From Cyanophora paradoxa CCMP329 (taxonomy: Eukaryota > Plantae > Glaucophyta), in assembly GCA_004431415.1 (NCBI GenBank), contig QPMI01000281.1:1-64000 (forward strand): 64,000 nt of DNA, in the 5' to 3' direction. A program made the position numbers and the translations under genes. The notes below the pieces were generated by a model that was given only the letters and a program-made list of their open reading frames with translations, ran no database searches and had not been told where the DNA came from. Positions 27,472-39,276 of the stretch are shown one piece after another. Position 1 is the stretch's first letter. Each line of letters starts with the position of its first letter.

Positions 27472-29200
27472 ATGTTCTGCGCGGGGATCCTGCCGCGCGG
27501 CAGCGGCGTCGCCAGCGGCGCGGCGCTTAGCCTCCCGGTAGATGCGCGCGCGAGGAGCTATCAGCGCGCGCCGGCAGCAAGCGCCTTTCTTGGCCAGGCC
27601 GTCCGGGCAAAAACGTTCCTGCACACGCCCCAGCGGATCGTGCGCTTCGTCGGACCAGTATGTGCGGCGGACGAATTCATGATTAAAAAGTCAGTTCCAG
27701 TTTGCTCGTTTGAGCCACGTGCCTCGCTGAGCGGCGCACAGGCTGCAGTCGATCGAAAAGAACTTCGACGAGCTCACGCGCCGGCTCGGAGATCCTGAGC
27801 TTGCATCCAACCCCGATGAGCTCATGCGCGTCGCTCGAGCTCGGTCTGAGCTTGAAGAGGTTGTCACTGCCTTCAACCGCTACAAGGAGGTCCAAACTCG
27901 TGCGTGGGTTCCGCCGCTTTCGCGGCCCGCATTCCTCAGCTGATTTTCCGCGCTCGCAGAAATCGAGGATGCTAAAGTTCTCATCGAGGAGAGCGGCGGC
28001 GATCGTGATCTCGTGGCGATGGCAAAGGAAGAATTGTCCATGCTCGAGGACGAGCTGGTGGGTCACGTTACCAGGCCACAAGCCAGGTTGATTGTGCTTA
28101 TAATCCCCGGACAGGTCCAGCTCGAGAAGGATGTGAAGCTCATGCTGCTTCCAAAGGACCCGCTTGATGAGAAGAATGTTCTCCTCGAAATCCGTGCTGG
28201 AACAGGAGGTGATGAGGCCAGCATTTGGGCTGGAGACCTTGTTCGGCTCTACACGAAATATGCAGAGACGCAGAGCTGGAAGGTTAAGCTGGTATCAGAG
28301 TCGGAAGGCGAGCATGGGGGTTACAAAGAGTGCATTCTGGAAGTCCAGGGCGAAAAGGTCATAAGCTAGTGAGCTCCAAAAATCGCTTAAAGCACTAAAT
28401 ACATGTTGCAGGTTTACAGCAAGCTTAAGTGGGAGGCTGGCGTCCACAGGGTTCAGCGTGTGCCTGCAACGGAGTCGCAGGGTCGGGTTCACACAAGCAC
28501 AGCAACAGTTGCAATCATGCCGTTCGTTGATGAGGTGTGAGAATCTTCTTTGAATTCAACTGGATCACTCTTCCCCCTCGTGTGCTTATTGCTCCGTGGG
28601 CAGGTCGATGTGCATATCGATCCAAAGGATATAGAGTTGAAGACAGCGCGGTCAGGGGGTTCTGGTGGGCAGAACGTGAACAAAGTCGAAACAGCCGTCG
28701 ATCTTATTCACAAGCCCACCGGCATCCGCATTTTCTGCACACAGGTAACCCGTGTTCTGGCGGAAACCCTGCAGCTGCCTTTGAACTCGAGAGCAGGAGC
28801 GGTCTCAGTTGCAAAATCGTGCGCGGGCAATGGAAATTCTGCGGGCTAAGCTTTTCGAGATCAAGCTTCAAGAGCAGCAGGCCGAAGTTCGTTCTCTGAG
28901 GCAGTCGCAAGTGGGCACTGGTGCCCGTTCGGAGAAGATCCGAACTTACAACTACAAGGACAACCGTGCCTCTGATCATCGCATCAACCAGAACTTCTCG
29001 CTGCAGCAGTTCCTTGATGGTGCAGGTCCTGCATTTTTTGAAGTCATATTTATATTAACACAACCACAGGCGATATTGATGATGCTATTCAATCAATGAT
29101 TCTCCGTGACCAAGAGGAGCGCCTTGCGGTACTTTCCCCACCTCGCAGAATGACGTTGGTTCTGACGTCGTTATGCCAGGCACTTGCCGCGTCAGTCTAA
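27472..29200 (+). CDS. prfA: Plastid-type peptide chain release factor 1 with transit-peptide-like N-terminus
   Basis: [37 protein letters not shown] (PxT), [16 protein letters not shown] (GGQ), [14 protein letters not shown]; N-terminus [20 protein letters not shown] is Ala/Ser/Arg-rich. Confidence 0.93.
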
Positions 29201-29499
29201 AGATTGGGAGTGGTTTTCCCCCCTTCCATGAGATGCTGGCAACGATCTCGTAGCTAGATTAGGATCGGTAGGCAATTTTCAAACTCCGAGAGGATCAAGG
29301 GCCCCGAGTCGTAGGGTTCCCACCACTGCCCAAGACACGATCATCCACTGTGCAGGCACTATAGCTAATGTTTGAGGGGACTCAGGGCCCGGTCCAGCGG
29401 GCGGCCAGCTTGATGCTGGACTGAGCCCGCGGCACGTTGCTGCACGTTGCTCTCTGTGTTTTAGGACATCCCGAGATGCATGTAAAGAGACTCACACAG

Positions 29500-30189
29500 T
29501 CAAGAGCTAGGGGTCTCCCCGAGGTTCTGCTGCATGGACGCGAGGCTGCCCATAAGCGCATTCTTCATGGCCTCCTGAGACCGGTTGTATGCATCCTTCC
29601 ACGCCTCCTCGAGGGCAGCAGACAGGGCCTCCGCGCCGAGTGCGACAGCCTCGTCGTCAACAGAGACAGAGATCGGCTGAGACTTGCCGTCGACTGCAAA
29701 GGAATATCAAGCTTAGCTCTCTGATGAAGGCAGCGCAGCGAAGAAGTTTCGCACCGGTGACTTTGACGTGGCCATCAGCAGCCTCGCCAGTAATGCGCTC
29801 CTCGCCGAGCTTCGCCTGCAGAGCAGCAGCCTGCGCCATTCTCAGCGGCTAGGTCTACGAAAGCGCGCAACTGAAAAACACGCACGTTCTTCTGTGCCTC
29901 CTGCATCGCCTTCATCATGTTCGCCATGCCGCTGCGATCGAGTTTAGATATTTTGGCGCCCCGGGAGGGAAGCAGCCCGATCTTCGCACCCAAGGCCGCC
30001 GAAGCCACCGCCCTCCTTGTTGCCGCCGCCGAAGAGGCCAGCGACCGGGGCCTCATAGGCGAACCGCGATGGCGCCTCGGGGGCCGCGCGCCGGATGGAA
30101 GCAATACGCTCCCGGCTAACGAACGAGCTGTTGAGCGCGAGCGCCTGCTTAGCGCCTGAGGCAAGCGGGACGGGGCAGACGAAGGCCAT
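29500..30189 (-). CDS. Plastid-targeted YbaB/EbfC family protein (STIC2-like)
   Basis: MAFVCPVPLASG transit-peptide-like start; GLFGGG..GMANMMKAMQEAQK, AAALQAKLGEERITGEAADGHVKVT, EAMKNA. Confidence 0.85.
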
Positions 30190-30440
30190 TGTTTCTAGTA
30201 CCCGTCGAGGGGGGTGGGGCGTCTCTTGTTCTTGCATACGTCTAGATACGAATGCATAGGAAAATGCATTTGCATACGTCTAGATCGATATCTAGATCCG
30301 CGGCCGATATCGATCGTACTGCTCCCCGGGTCATTGCTCCATTTTCAAAGTTGACAAGAAATTGATTAAAAGAATTCGAATTGAGAAGACTTCGATTTGA
30401 GTTGCTGCTGGACAGTATGCAGGAGAATAGCGAAACCCTA

Positions 30441-33400
30441 TTAGCTGGAAAGGGAGCGAATCTTGCTCTCAAGAGCATCGAGCTCCTCCAGTGTGTTGGC
30501 CCCCTCCACCTTCCAGAGGCTTTCGGCAGGCACTTGGAAGCCCTCCACAATCTTGCCAGCAGCTACAAGTTGTGAGACGAAATCTGTCGCGTAGTACTCG
30601 TATGCGACAGGATCCTCCTTTGTTTGCGTGGGAGAGATGGATGCCAAGGCCTCCAGATAGTCGCCAGCTCGGACCATCACAATGCCAGAGTTGAACTCGC
30701 CAATCGAACGCAGCTGCTCCTTCTTGAAATGAGAGCCATCTGCATAGGTGCGTTCCTCACCATCATCCATCTTCTCAATGACCTTGCGCTCCACAATGTC
30801 AATCACAGTACCGCCCGTGCCACGAACAATGCGTCCGTAGAAACCAGCATCAGGAAGAACGCCAGTGACAATAAGGCCGCTGTACTTTTCTCCATAGCGA
30901 GCCTTGTTGGCAGAGTGAGCAGTGATGATCTGTTTGATGAGAGCTGCATCGACGCCAGGGTTGTCGGCGTACAGGACGAGGACATCTCCCTCAAAGGCAC
31001 CAAGGCCCTGAAGTGCCAGGAAGACAGCATGGCCTGTCCCAAGGCGCTCCTGCTGCAGGACATACGTGTGGCCATCCACACCGAGAGTCTTGGTAACCAG
31101 ATCACTGGCAAAGCCCACGACGACAATAGAGTCCAGGCCGACTTCTGCAACAGCAGAAAGGGGCTTCTCTGCCATTGGTCGCCCCAGGAATGGGTAGATG
31201 ACCTTCGGCGTGTCGGCCTTGAACCGAGAGCCTTGCCCAGCTGCAAGCATAACAGAAACCATGCCATTCTGATTGGCAGCCTCGACATTGAATGGCCGCC
31301 CAGAAGGGGGAACGATTCCAGAGGCGACGACAAGTTCAGACAGACTCATCTTGGCAACGTCCTTCGTAGAGGGGAAGGGGGCCGGACGGGGCCCAATACC
31401 AGCACAGATATCGTAGACAGCACCAGACACCTCGTAAGCAAGGGCCTTCGCCTGCTCCTTCGTAGGTGCCTCCGCGAAAACACGAATAATGTCCTCTGTG
31501 CCTGATGCACGTGCAAACGAACGACCACCAGAGTACTTTTTCACTATGGTATCGATCGCATCTTGCAAACCAGGCGGATCTGGTTGCAAAAAAGTGTTTG
31601 TTTTTGAAACCCAGCATGGGAAGGCAACGAAGACTTACTAACTGCGCGGGTCTCGATCTCGTTTGTAGTAAGGACGTAGCGGTCTGCCACCTTGACCTTC
31701 AGGAGAAGGGATGGCATGTCCTTGTAAATGGCATCCCAGTCGGAGGCAGACCAACCGTTGTGGGCCAGAACAGCTTCCACAAGGAGCAGGTCGGAGATAG
31801 CATCGCCAACTGCTTGGTTCATTAGATCGTGGATGCCGACCAGAGTCTCAAAAGCATGCTGGGCGTCCGAGTTCCTAAGGCTTTGGTCAGGATTCAAAAG
31901 TCTTTATCAGGAGAAATCATGCTCGCAAACAACGCACCCCGCCTGCTTTGCTGCAGCCTGCTTGATCTTCTCGATCGCAGAGTTCTGGAACAGAACAGTC
32001 CCATGTCCATTAGATTCGAAATAGAGGCCAATGTCGAAAGACACGGCCCGATGGTGCAAGTGCCGAACACCTGCAGCTGCAGTGAACCAAAGACAGCATT
32101 GTGCTACAGGCAGACAGAGCAAACCAGTGGGTGACCAGTTGACAGGCACGTTTAGGTGCTTCGTGATGTACTTGGTGGACGAGCCGTTGGCATACGCTGT
32201 CTGCACAACACCGATGGAGACCTCGTCGGCGCAACCGAGCCTTCGGAGCTGATCGATAATGAACTTCGTGTAGAGGCACATTATCTTGTCGCCATCAAGA
32301 AGATGGAATTTGCCGTCATCGTCTACGTGGCCAAACACTACACGATCAACGTCTCCATCGATGCTGGCCATGCGACGACCCTTGTCGATCGCGCCATCGA
32401 AGCCACGGGGCAACCGCTTGTTGACATTGACGTAGTCCGCCCCCACCTCGTAGTTGACCATAGCGCCATCCCCACAATTCCGAACCTCGACCTTCAGCAC
32501 GTCGGCGATCTCCTTGGCAAGTCGGGATATCTTAACGCCTCCGACGCCATTTGCGCAGTCGATCACAAGGCTGTTCTCCCAGTGATCTTGGCTAGCGGAT
32601 GGCCGCAGAGAGATGAGGCGCTTGAATGCCGACGCGAGCTTGGAATAATAGTCATCCTCGTTGAAGATCTTCCCACCGTTGAGGTTGGTCTCTTGAACGA
32701 TGAGGTGCAGCTGGGGGGTCGTGAGCTGCTCAAAGGACACAGCCTTGGCGGACGTGAGCTCTACGCCAGCACGGACGAGCTCGAGGAAGTGAGCGCCCGT
32801 GGTGCGGTTGTCGCGAGCGAGAAAGACAGTAGAGGGGGCTAGAAGGTCGAGGTTCAGCTCGGCTGCGACACGCCGAAGCGTATCAGGTAGCGCATCGTTC
32901 TCCGCGTTGCAGATCGCTGTGGCGACGCTCTCCCAGGACGACTCCAACATCTCGCCCGAAACGTCGATGAGCTTAGCTCCGTTGTCACCTGTGGTGGGGT
33001 TCGAACGCAAGGCGCGTGGCACGGGTGGATCTGGAGCTCACATGCGGGGTTGTGCGAAGCAGTGATCATAACGCCAGTCACCTTGCCGCCGCTCTTCTTC
33101 GACCGTCTACGGCACAGAAATGAAAGAGTTAGCGCAGAGCGCCCCGCGCGTGCCGAAGCGAGGGTTGCGCACAGAGCGGCAACGATGCCAAGCCGGAACA
33201 TGACGGGCTCCAGATCGTCGGCATGCCCGCGGAAGCCGATGGTTCCATAGCGGAACTGCTTGCCCTCAGGCTTCGGATACTTCTTCGCTGCTTCGAGAAC
33301 CGCGTCCATCATGCGCGCCAGCTGCTCCTCGTCTCCGGGGGTGCGTGCCGCGGTCGTGAGCGCGGCCGAAGGTGTCGGTTGGGATGCAGAGCTGGTCGCA

Positions 33401-33695
33401 AACTGCCGCGCCGCTACGTAACGCGCCGGCGCCGGGCGCGGGCTGCTGAATCCGAAGGATGCGGCCCGCTGCCTGCGCGCGCTGTCGGCACCAGAGTTGA
33501 GGCCAGCCGCGGCGCGCGGCGCTTACCGGAAGAGCCGAGCGACGGCTGGCTGAGAGGACCTGCGCCCAAGCGCGCTCAGCGCGCAGCGAAGTGTGGAACG
33601 GTGCAGCGCCAGCCGCACCGGAGCGAGGATCGGATCACGTTGGACGGGGCTTCTTTGCGTGCTGCAACGGGATGCAGCAACGAGACGAAGGGCAT
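30441..33695 (-). CDS. Fusion: presequence + phosphoacetylglucosamine mutase (PGM3/AGM1) + GlmU-type GlcNAc-1-P uridyltransferase domain (no acetyltransferase domain)
   Basis: Mutase motifs RYGTIGFR, MITASHNP, IDCANGVG, SIDGDVDR, GLYFESNGHG, NQAVGDAISD, RSFARASGTEDIIRVFAEA. Then, in the same exon, MLAAGQGSRFKADTPKVIYPFLGRPM, QQERLGTGHAV, LVLYADNP, YGRIVR, EFNSGI, EYYATD, VEGANTLEEL. Upstream exons 33619-33695 and 33527-33559 splice in frame through GT-AG introns. Confidence 0.9.
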
Positions 33696-34028
33696 CGAAT
33701 CGAAAACCGGTTCCCGCCGCGTGAATCCGACGAACTGCCCCCCCTTTGCCTTCTTCCCCCCCTTCCCCCCCCCCCCCCCCCCCGCCTTTTGTATTTGGTC
33801 AATTGGAAGGCCTCTCCGGGTACGTAGTTCTGCAACGACCGGGCAGCAAATTCGAAATCGTTTCCCTGAAGCGCGGCCCCCGGCCCTCACAGCGTCTAAA
33901 TAGCATTCGTAGCGCCCGACGCCGGCTTCCAGTCCGGCCCCAAGGCACTCCTAGTTAGCTAAGCGCCACGGCCGCGGGGGCAGTTAGCTAAGCGCGACGG
34001 CCGCGGGGGCAAACATTCGGCCGGCCAA

Positions 34029-37000
34029 ATGGATGGCTTCCGCACCCCAAAAGCGCCTGTTACGCCCTCCGCCGACCCCGGCACCGGCCGCACACCCGGC
34101 ACGCTGAAGGATGTGGAGTCAGTGCGTCTGCCCCGCCCGCGGCATACTTTCAGCCGCATGCTGACCGTTATCCGCCAGGAGGTCGAGCGGCTCGGGAAGG
34201 TAGCTACACGCGCGCGCGCGCGTGTCAATCAGATTGCCGCAAACGCGCGCTGCTCGGCAGGAGAACTTCAACCTCAAGCTAAAGATATTCTTTCTTGAGG
34301 TTCGGTTCGCAAGCGCAGCTGGCATTTGTAAAATTCAGCGGACGTCGCGCAGGAGAAACTGTACAAGTCGCTTCCCGACAACTTCGAGCAAACGCTGCAG
34401 GAGGTGTGAAGCTCGCTCTGTATCTCCAAACGCCAGTCAACTCCTTCGCAGAACATCGAGCTAAAAATGGAGCTTGCGGGGAAGAAGCAGGAGCTCGACG
34501 AGAAAAACCAGCTGCTTGTTAAGGCGAGAAACGCAATCGAGTCTCTTCAAGCAGATCTCGAGCTGGCCCGAATGCAGCGTTTGACCGAAAAGCAAAGGCA
34601 TTCCAAGGGCTGCCGTGCATTCTGCTTCCGTCTCTAATTTCACCTGCAGGTCGAAGTTGGAGGAGATGCCACGGACAATTTCAGGGCTCGAGATCAAAAT
34701 TCGCTCTCTTGAAGAAGAGCTTGATCGTGCAAGGCGGTCTGCAACTGAAGCGACCGATGTGACAGCTAGTCAGGTAGCTGACATACAAAGGCAACTGAGC
34801 CGTGAGCAGGAGTCTGCTCGCTCTCTTGAGAAGGTCCAGTTCTTTTGTTATCCCCCTTGGCTGCCATGTGTTCATGTGCTGTTCATCACAGGCTCTGCGA
34901 TCTGCTGAAAAGGATATGGCGGAGCTCCGCCGTGAGAGAGAGGAGTCTCGCCTGGTTATTTCGCAGAAGGAGAGAGAAGTGTCAAATTTGCGTGAGCAGA
35001 AGCAGAGTCTGGAGGACGATTTGAATCGTGTTAGATCTGAAGCGAAGACGATGGCCTCACACCTTCAGAATGAAAAAGAGGTATCAAAACATCGGCCTCC
35101 CATCTCAAGAGCTCTCTCTTATCTTGTCTTGTAGGAAGTGGCTCGGTTGCGAAATTCGCTTCAATCTGCAGAGATCTCAATGCGCGATGCTGCGAACGAG
35201 ATCCAAAAAGCAGCTTTGGAGCGCACTTCATTGGAAACAAAGATGCAGACACTCTCGGATAAACTTGCAGCAGAGCAAGATGCCCGGCAACGTGTCAGCC
35301 GTCAGACAGAGGAGCTCAAATCTCGTCTAACAGGTGAGGAGGATGAGACCAAACACCTGCAAGAACAACTCCAGGTGCACAATCCAACATTCACCCAATG
35401 CCAGTTTCCTGATAAGCTTTCCAGCTCCAGAGTGAGCTCGTGGATCAGCTCCAGAAGCAGCTCTCTCAGAAGAGCAAACTACTTACACAATCACTTGAGG
35501 CCTGCCGGGCCAGCGTATGTGCTTTCCACCTTTCTCCTTATCCATCACACTTACATATCAGCAGGAGGAGTCAAAGAAAACGGTACAAGACAAGGCAATG
35601 ACTCTTCACAAGCAGCTGCAAGATGTGGAGGCAGAGCTCAGGGCGTCAAAGATTCAGATGGATGCCCTTCAAACAGATTGGATTACCCGGGAACAGGTTC
35701 CCAATTGCTGGTGAGTGCGCATGGCCTGCTTTTCTTGACCGCAGAGTTGTGCAGGAACTTCGTCAGGGCCTGCTCAACAAGGAAGAAACACTGAACAAGG
35801 AATGGGTATCGAGACATGAGGTCAGTTCTCCGCTGTGTTCATCCTGTGGCTTGCACCTTGAAGGGGATGCAGGCATTGGAGTCGAAGTGGCAGGCTCGGC
35901 TTGAGCAACTTATGCAAGACTGGAGGGTTAGCTGCTCGTTGTTTGTCAATCCCCTTGCATGCTATTGCTCAATCAGTCGATGCAGCTCAAGGAGATGGAA
36001 TGGAATACACGCCTTGGCAATCAGCAACGACTTTTACAAGTGTGGCCTTTGTTAGGCAAGCCATGCCCAATTGTGCATTCTGACGCGTTTTCTCGATCCA
36101 GGCATCACTTGCAGAGCAGGAGAACAGCCTACAGGCCCAGCTCATTGACGCACAGGCCCGAGAACAAGAGCAGGCAGCACGCATTCACCAGCTGCAGATG
36201 CAGCTGCAGAAAGCAGCTAGTGCAAATCTTGAAGCAGCAGACAAGGACACCACAGTATGCCTTCGACTGCTTGGCAAATTTTCAACAGCTATTTGACACA
36301 ACTGCAGCTTGCGCTGAAGGAACAGGATATTCAGCGCCTGCTCTCCGAGAATGCTAGCCTGAATCGTAAGGTTTGCATTTCGATCAATAAACCCTCTTCG
36401 CTTTTTTTGCTGATATATCCCCAAGATCCAGCAGCAGACTCGCCTGGAGGACGAGGTTGAATCCACGCGAATGTTGAATGGAGAAATGCAGGCTCTCCGG
36501 GACAACCTTAGCAAACTACTTGCTGCTGTGTTCAACTCTGCACTTGTTTGCACATTTCTAGAGATTGACGAGAAAGCTTTCTAACATCTTGCACAGTCAA
36601 GTGAATCAAGCTCTCTTGAGAACATGAATTGGGCACGTATGAGTGTTGCAAACCTATCAAAAGAGGTCATCTTGTCTCCCTCATTTCTTGGTCGTTGTCT
36701 CTTCTGAAAGGGCCTGACTTGTCCTGTAAATCCAGGTGCAGCAGGCACTTGACTTCGTCAGGCGGCTACAGGAGCAACAGGCTGAAGGGCTTCGGAGGGC
36801 GACCAAGGCAGAAGACGAAGCACGCACATCTGCAAGGATAGCTGACACTCTGCGTGTACAGGTGTGCTGGTTTCTCTTTCCTTTATGACAAAACAAACAT
36901 TGCTACAGGCCATGCAGAGTGCGGAGCGTGAGAGGATTCTCAATGAGCAACTCGAGTCGTTGCAGGAGCAGCTTGCCACCGAGTCCAGGCTCCGTGCAAA

Positions 37001-37613
37001 CATTTCACTCGCAACAAGCTTGGGTGGTCCAAACAAGACGTCTGCCCACGATGAGCATGTCACGGGTGAGAGTCAAACTCACAAGAACCTCGAGGAGAGC
37101 AATCGGCTGCTGCTTTCTGAACTTCAGCTGGCTCGTGAAAAGTACCACCGCTGGTCTGCCACTAGTGCAAGCGTCTTTCTCTCAATCTGAATACTTTGCA
37201 GTCGTGAAAAACTCTCATGCGAGAAGGAGGACCTTCTCAACCGTCTTCGCGAGAAAGAGGCACTGCTCTCGAAGCACCTAAGCTTGAAGCTGGGAAAGGT
37301 CTGCCAAATGCTTGTTCTGTGCAATGGAAGTAGTTGTTCAATTGATTGGCAGGAGTACGGGGTGGGTGTGTCTTCTGAGAAGCACGACTCTCCCGCTCTG
37401 GCATTGACAAAGCGCAAGAACAAGGTTGAAGTAGTGTTCTTACGTCAGGTATGTTGCAGTGTGCTCAAGTGTTCTGTCTGACAGCAATGCTTACCTCTTC
37501 TGATGCAGATTAATCCCTCACGAGAGGATATGATGAAAGCGAAGCAGCTCCTCGAGAAAACTGGCCACTCTGTCTCTCGAGAACTGTTGCGCAAGTCTTG
37601 TGAATACCCCTAG
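34029..37613 (+). CDS. Long coiled-coil protein with N-terminal centrosomin motif 1 (CM1/Cnn_1N); CDK5RAP2/Mto1-like
   Basis: Spliced IRQEVERLGK|ENFNLKLKIFFLE|EKL matches the CM1 consensus KENFxLKLRIYFLEE; followed by many E/Q/K/L-rich heptad exons. Confidence 0.8.
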
Positions 37614-38009
37614 TACTTCCTTCACATTTGTACCTGCATATCATTTTTCGTCAAACCCACAGAGGGGATTCAAGATAGGATGGGGTTGGATTAGAGGAAT
37701 TGGACTTTGAGGGGAGGACTTGTATTTTTAGGAGTTGACTTGGCAAAAAATAGTTGGTTTGGACTCTTATCAATGACGCTATGAAATCAGCTTCCTTCCC
37801 CTTCCCCTCTCTCGTCATCAGCTCTAGAGGCTTTGATTGAGATAATGATGTAGTTTGATCCAGTGATCTCGCAAGTTGCATTCCAGTTCGTTTCCAGAAA
37901 GCAATCAAAACATATTCCAGTTGTGAAATCATGGATGTGTGACGCCAGCCATCTTGATGAAATTCAGCAGCACAGAAACTCGGAATTCTAGCAAATTCAT
38001 TGCAGAAAG

Positions 38010-39037
38010 CTACGCATCAGAGCTAGCCTGCGGCGCAGGCTCCTCTGCTCCTTCCGCTGGTACAGTTTCGAAACCGTCCTCAGTTGCATATAGAATCTTC
38101 GTCACCTTTTCCACAAGCTCAGGGTCCTTGGATTCTGATGTCTGGCACAGTATCTCGATGTCCCGAAGCTTCGAGAAGTAGAAATCCCGCTCTTTCTCCA
38201 GACCATCCACAGTCGTCTTGAGCTCACTCAACTGCTCCTCAAGCACACGTATTCTAGAGTCATCCGCCCCATCGCTTGGCTTGTCGGAACCTGGCCGTGC
38301 CGCCTCTGCCGACTTCGTTGCTGCTGCGGGCTTCGCGGCTGTTGCAAAATCAAAAACTCTGCATTGAGGAATACCAACGTTCCAGATGTACCTGCGGGCT
38401 TCGGCTTCACAACCCCCGAGGGCGCAGCTGCTGCCGGTTTTTTCTCCGCTGCCTTCCGTCGCTCTGCTGCGTTGTACTCGGTCGCTCCATTGTGGTGTAG
38501 GTCGTAGTAGCGCTTCATCCACTATGCGCGACGTCCACCGTCAGGTCAGGTGTAATGCGAAACGAATAACGCGGCTTACCTGCAGAAATTCGAGGTTGTC
38601 CTGGTATTTGCCCTTGATGAGCTTCTCCACTTCGATGTATTTCTCAATCTTCACACTATCGAATGCGCTTTGAAGCACTTTGTAGTTCTTGATGTACTCG
38701 TACTCCTGCTTTGCGGTGAAATTGACCTTGCTGAGGGCGACCTGCAGCGCGTTCGGCGCACTGACAACGTGGGAACTCTATGCGCATCTCGATGCAGCGC
38801 GCAGCACCTTGCCCGGGTAGAGCGCGTCCATAATCTGGCAGTAGATTGCGCCGCTGGCGCACTGCTCGATCTTGGTGTAGTTCGCCCCAAACGTCGTGTT
38901 CAACCAGGAGAGGAGCTCTGTACGGGGCACGAAGTACGCCTGATAGTGCTTCAGCCCACGCGGACGCAGCGGCATCGCCTGAGCGAAAAGCGCAACGCTC
39001 GCACCCCGTCCATCATGCCGAAGTCGCCCTTGGACAT
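38010..39037 (-). CDS. EB1: End-binding protein EB1
   Basis: [78 protein letters not shown]. Confidence 0.97.
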
Positions 39038-39276
39038 CGCTGCGCGGGCTTCCAAGCACGCTGCTGACTCGGAAGGTCTGAGGCCGCGGCCGGAAGGCTG
39101 TGCAGAACGACGTTCAAAAAGCTTGTGACGTTCAGTTTTTTTCAAAGCTTGAGCTACAGCGTACCCCGATCGGCAGAGCGAGTCTGAGCGACGATTGCCA
39201 GCACGCTCAGCGCAGCAGTGCCAGCAACGAATAGCTTTCATTCGACCGCCCGCGTGCGGGGGGGCTCGCCGCCGCC

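Noticed and set aside
30624-32842. Plus-strand ORFs of 293 aa and 228 aa
   Set aside because: Antisense shadows of the long exons of the PGM3-GlmU gene.
27472-33695. Bacterial contamination or operon (prfA, ybaB, glmU)
   Set aside because: The genes carry spliceosomal introns and presequences and are interleaved with clearly eukaryotic genes.
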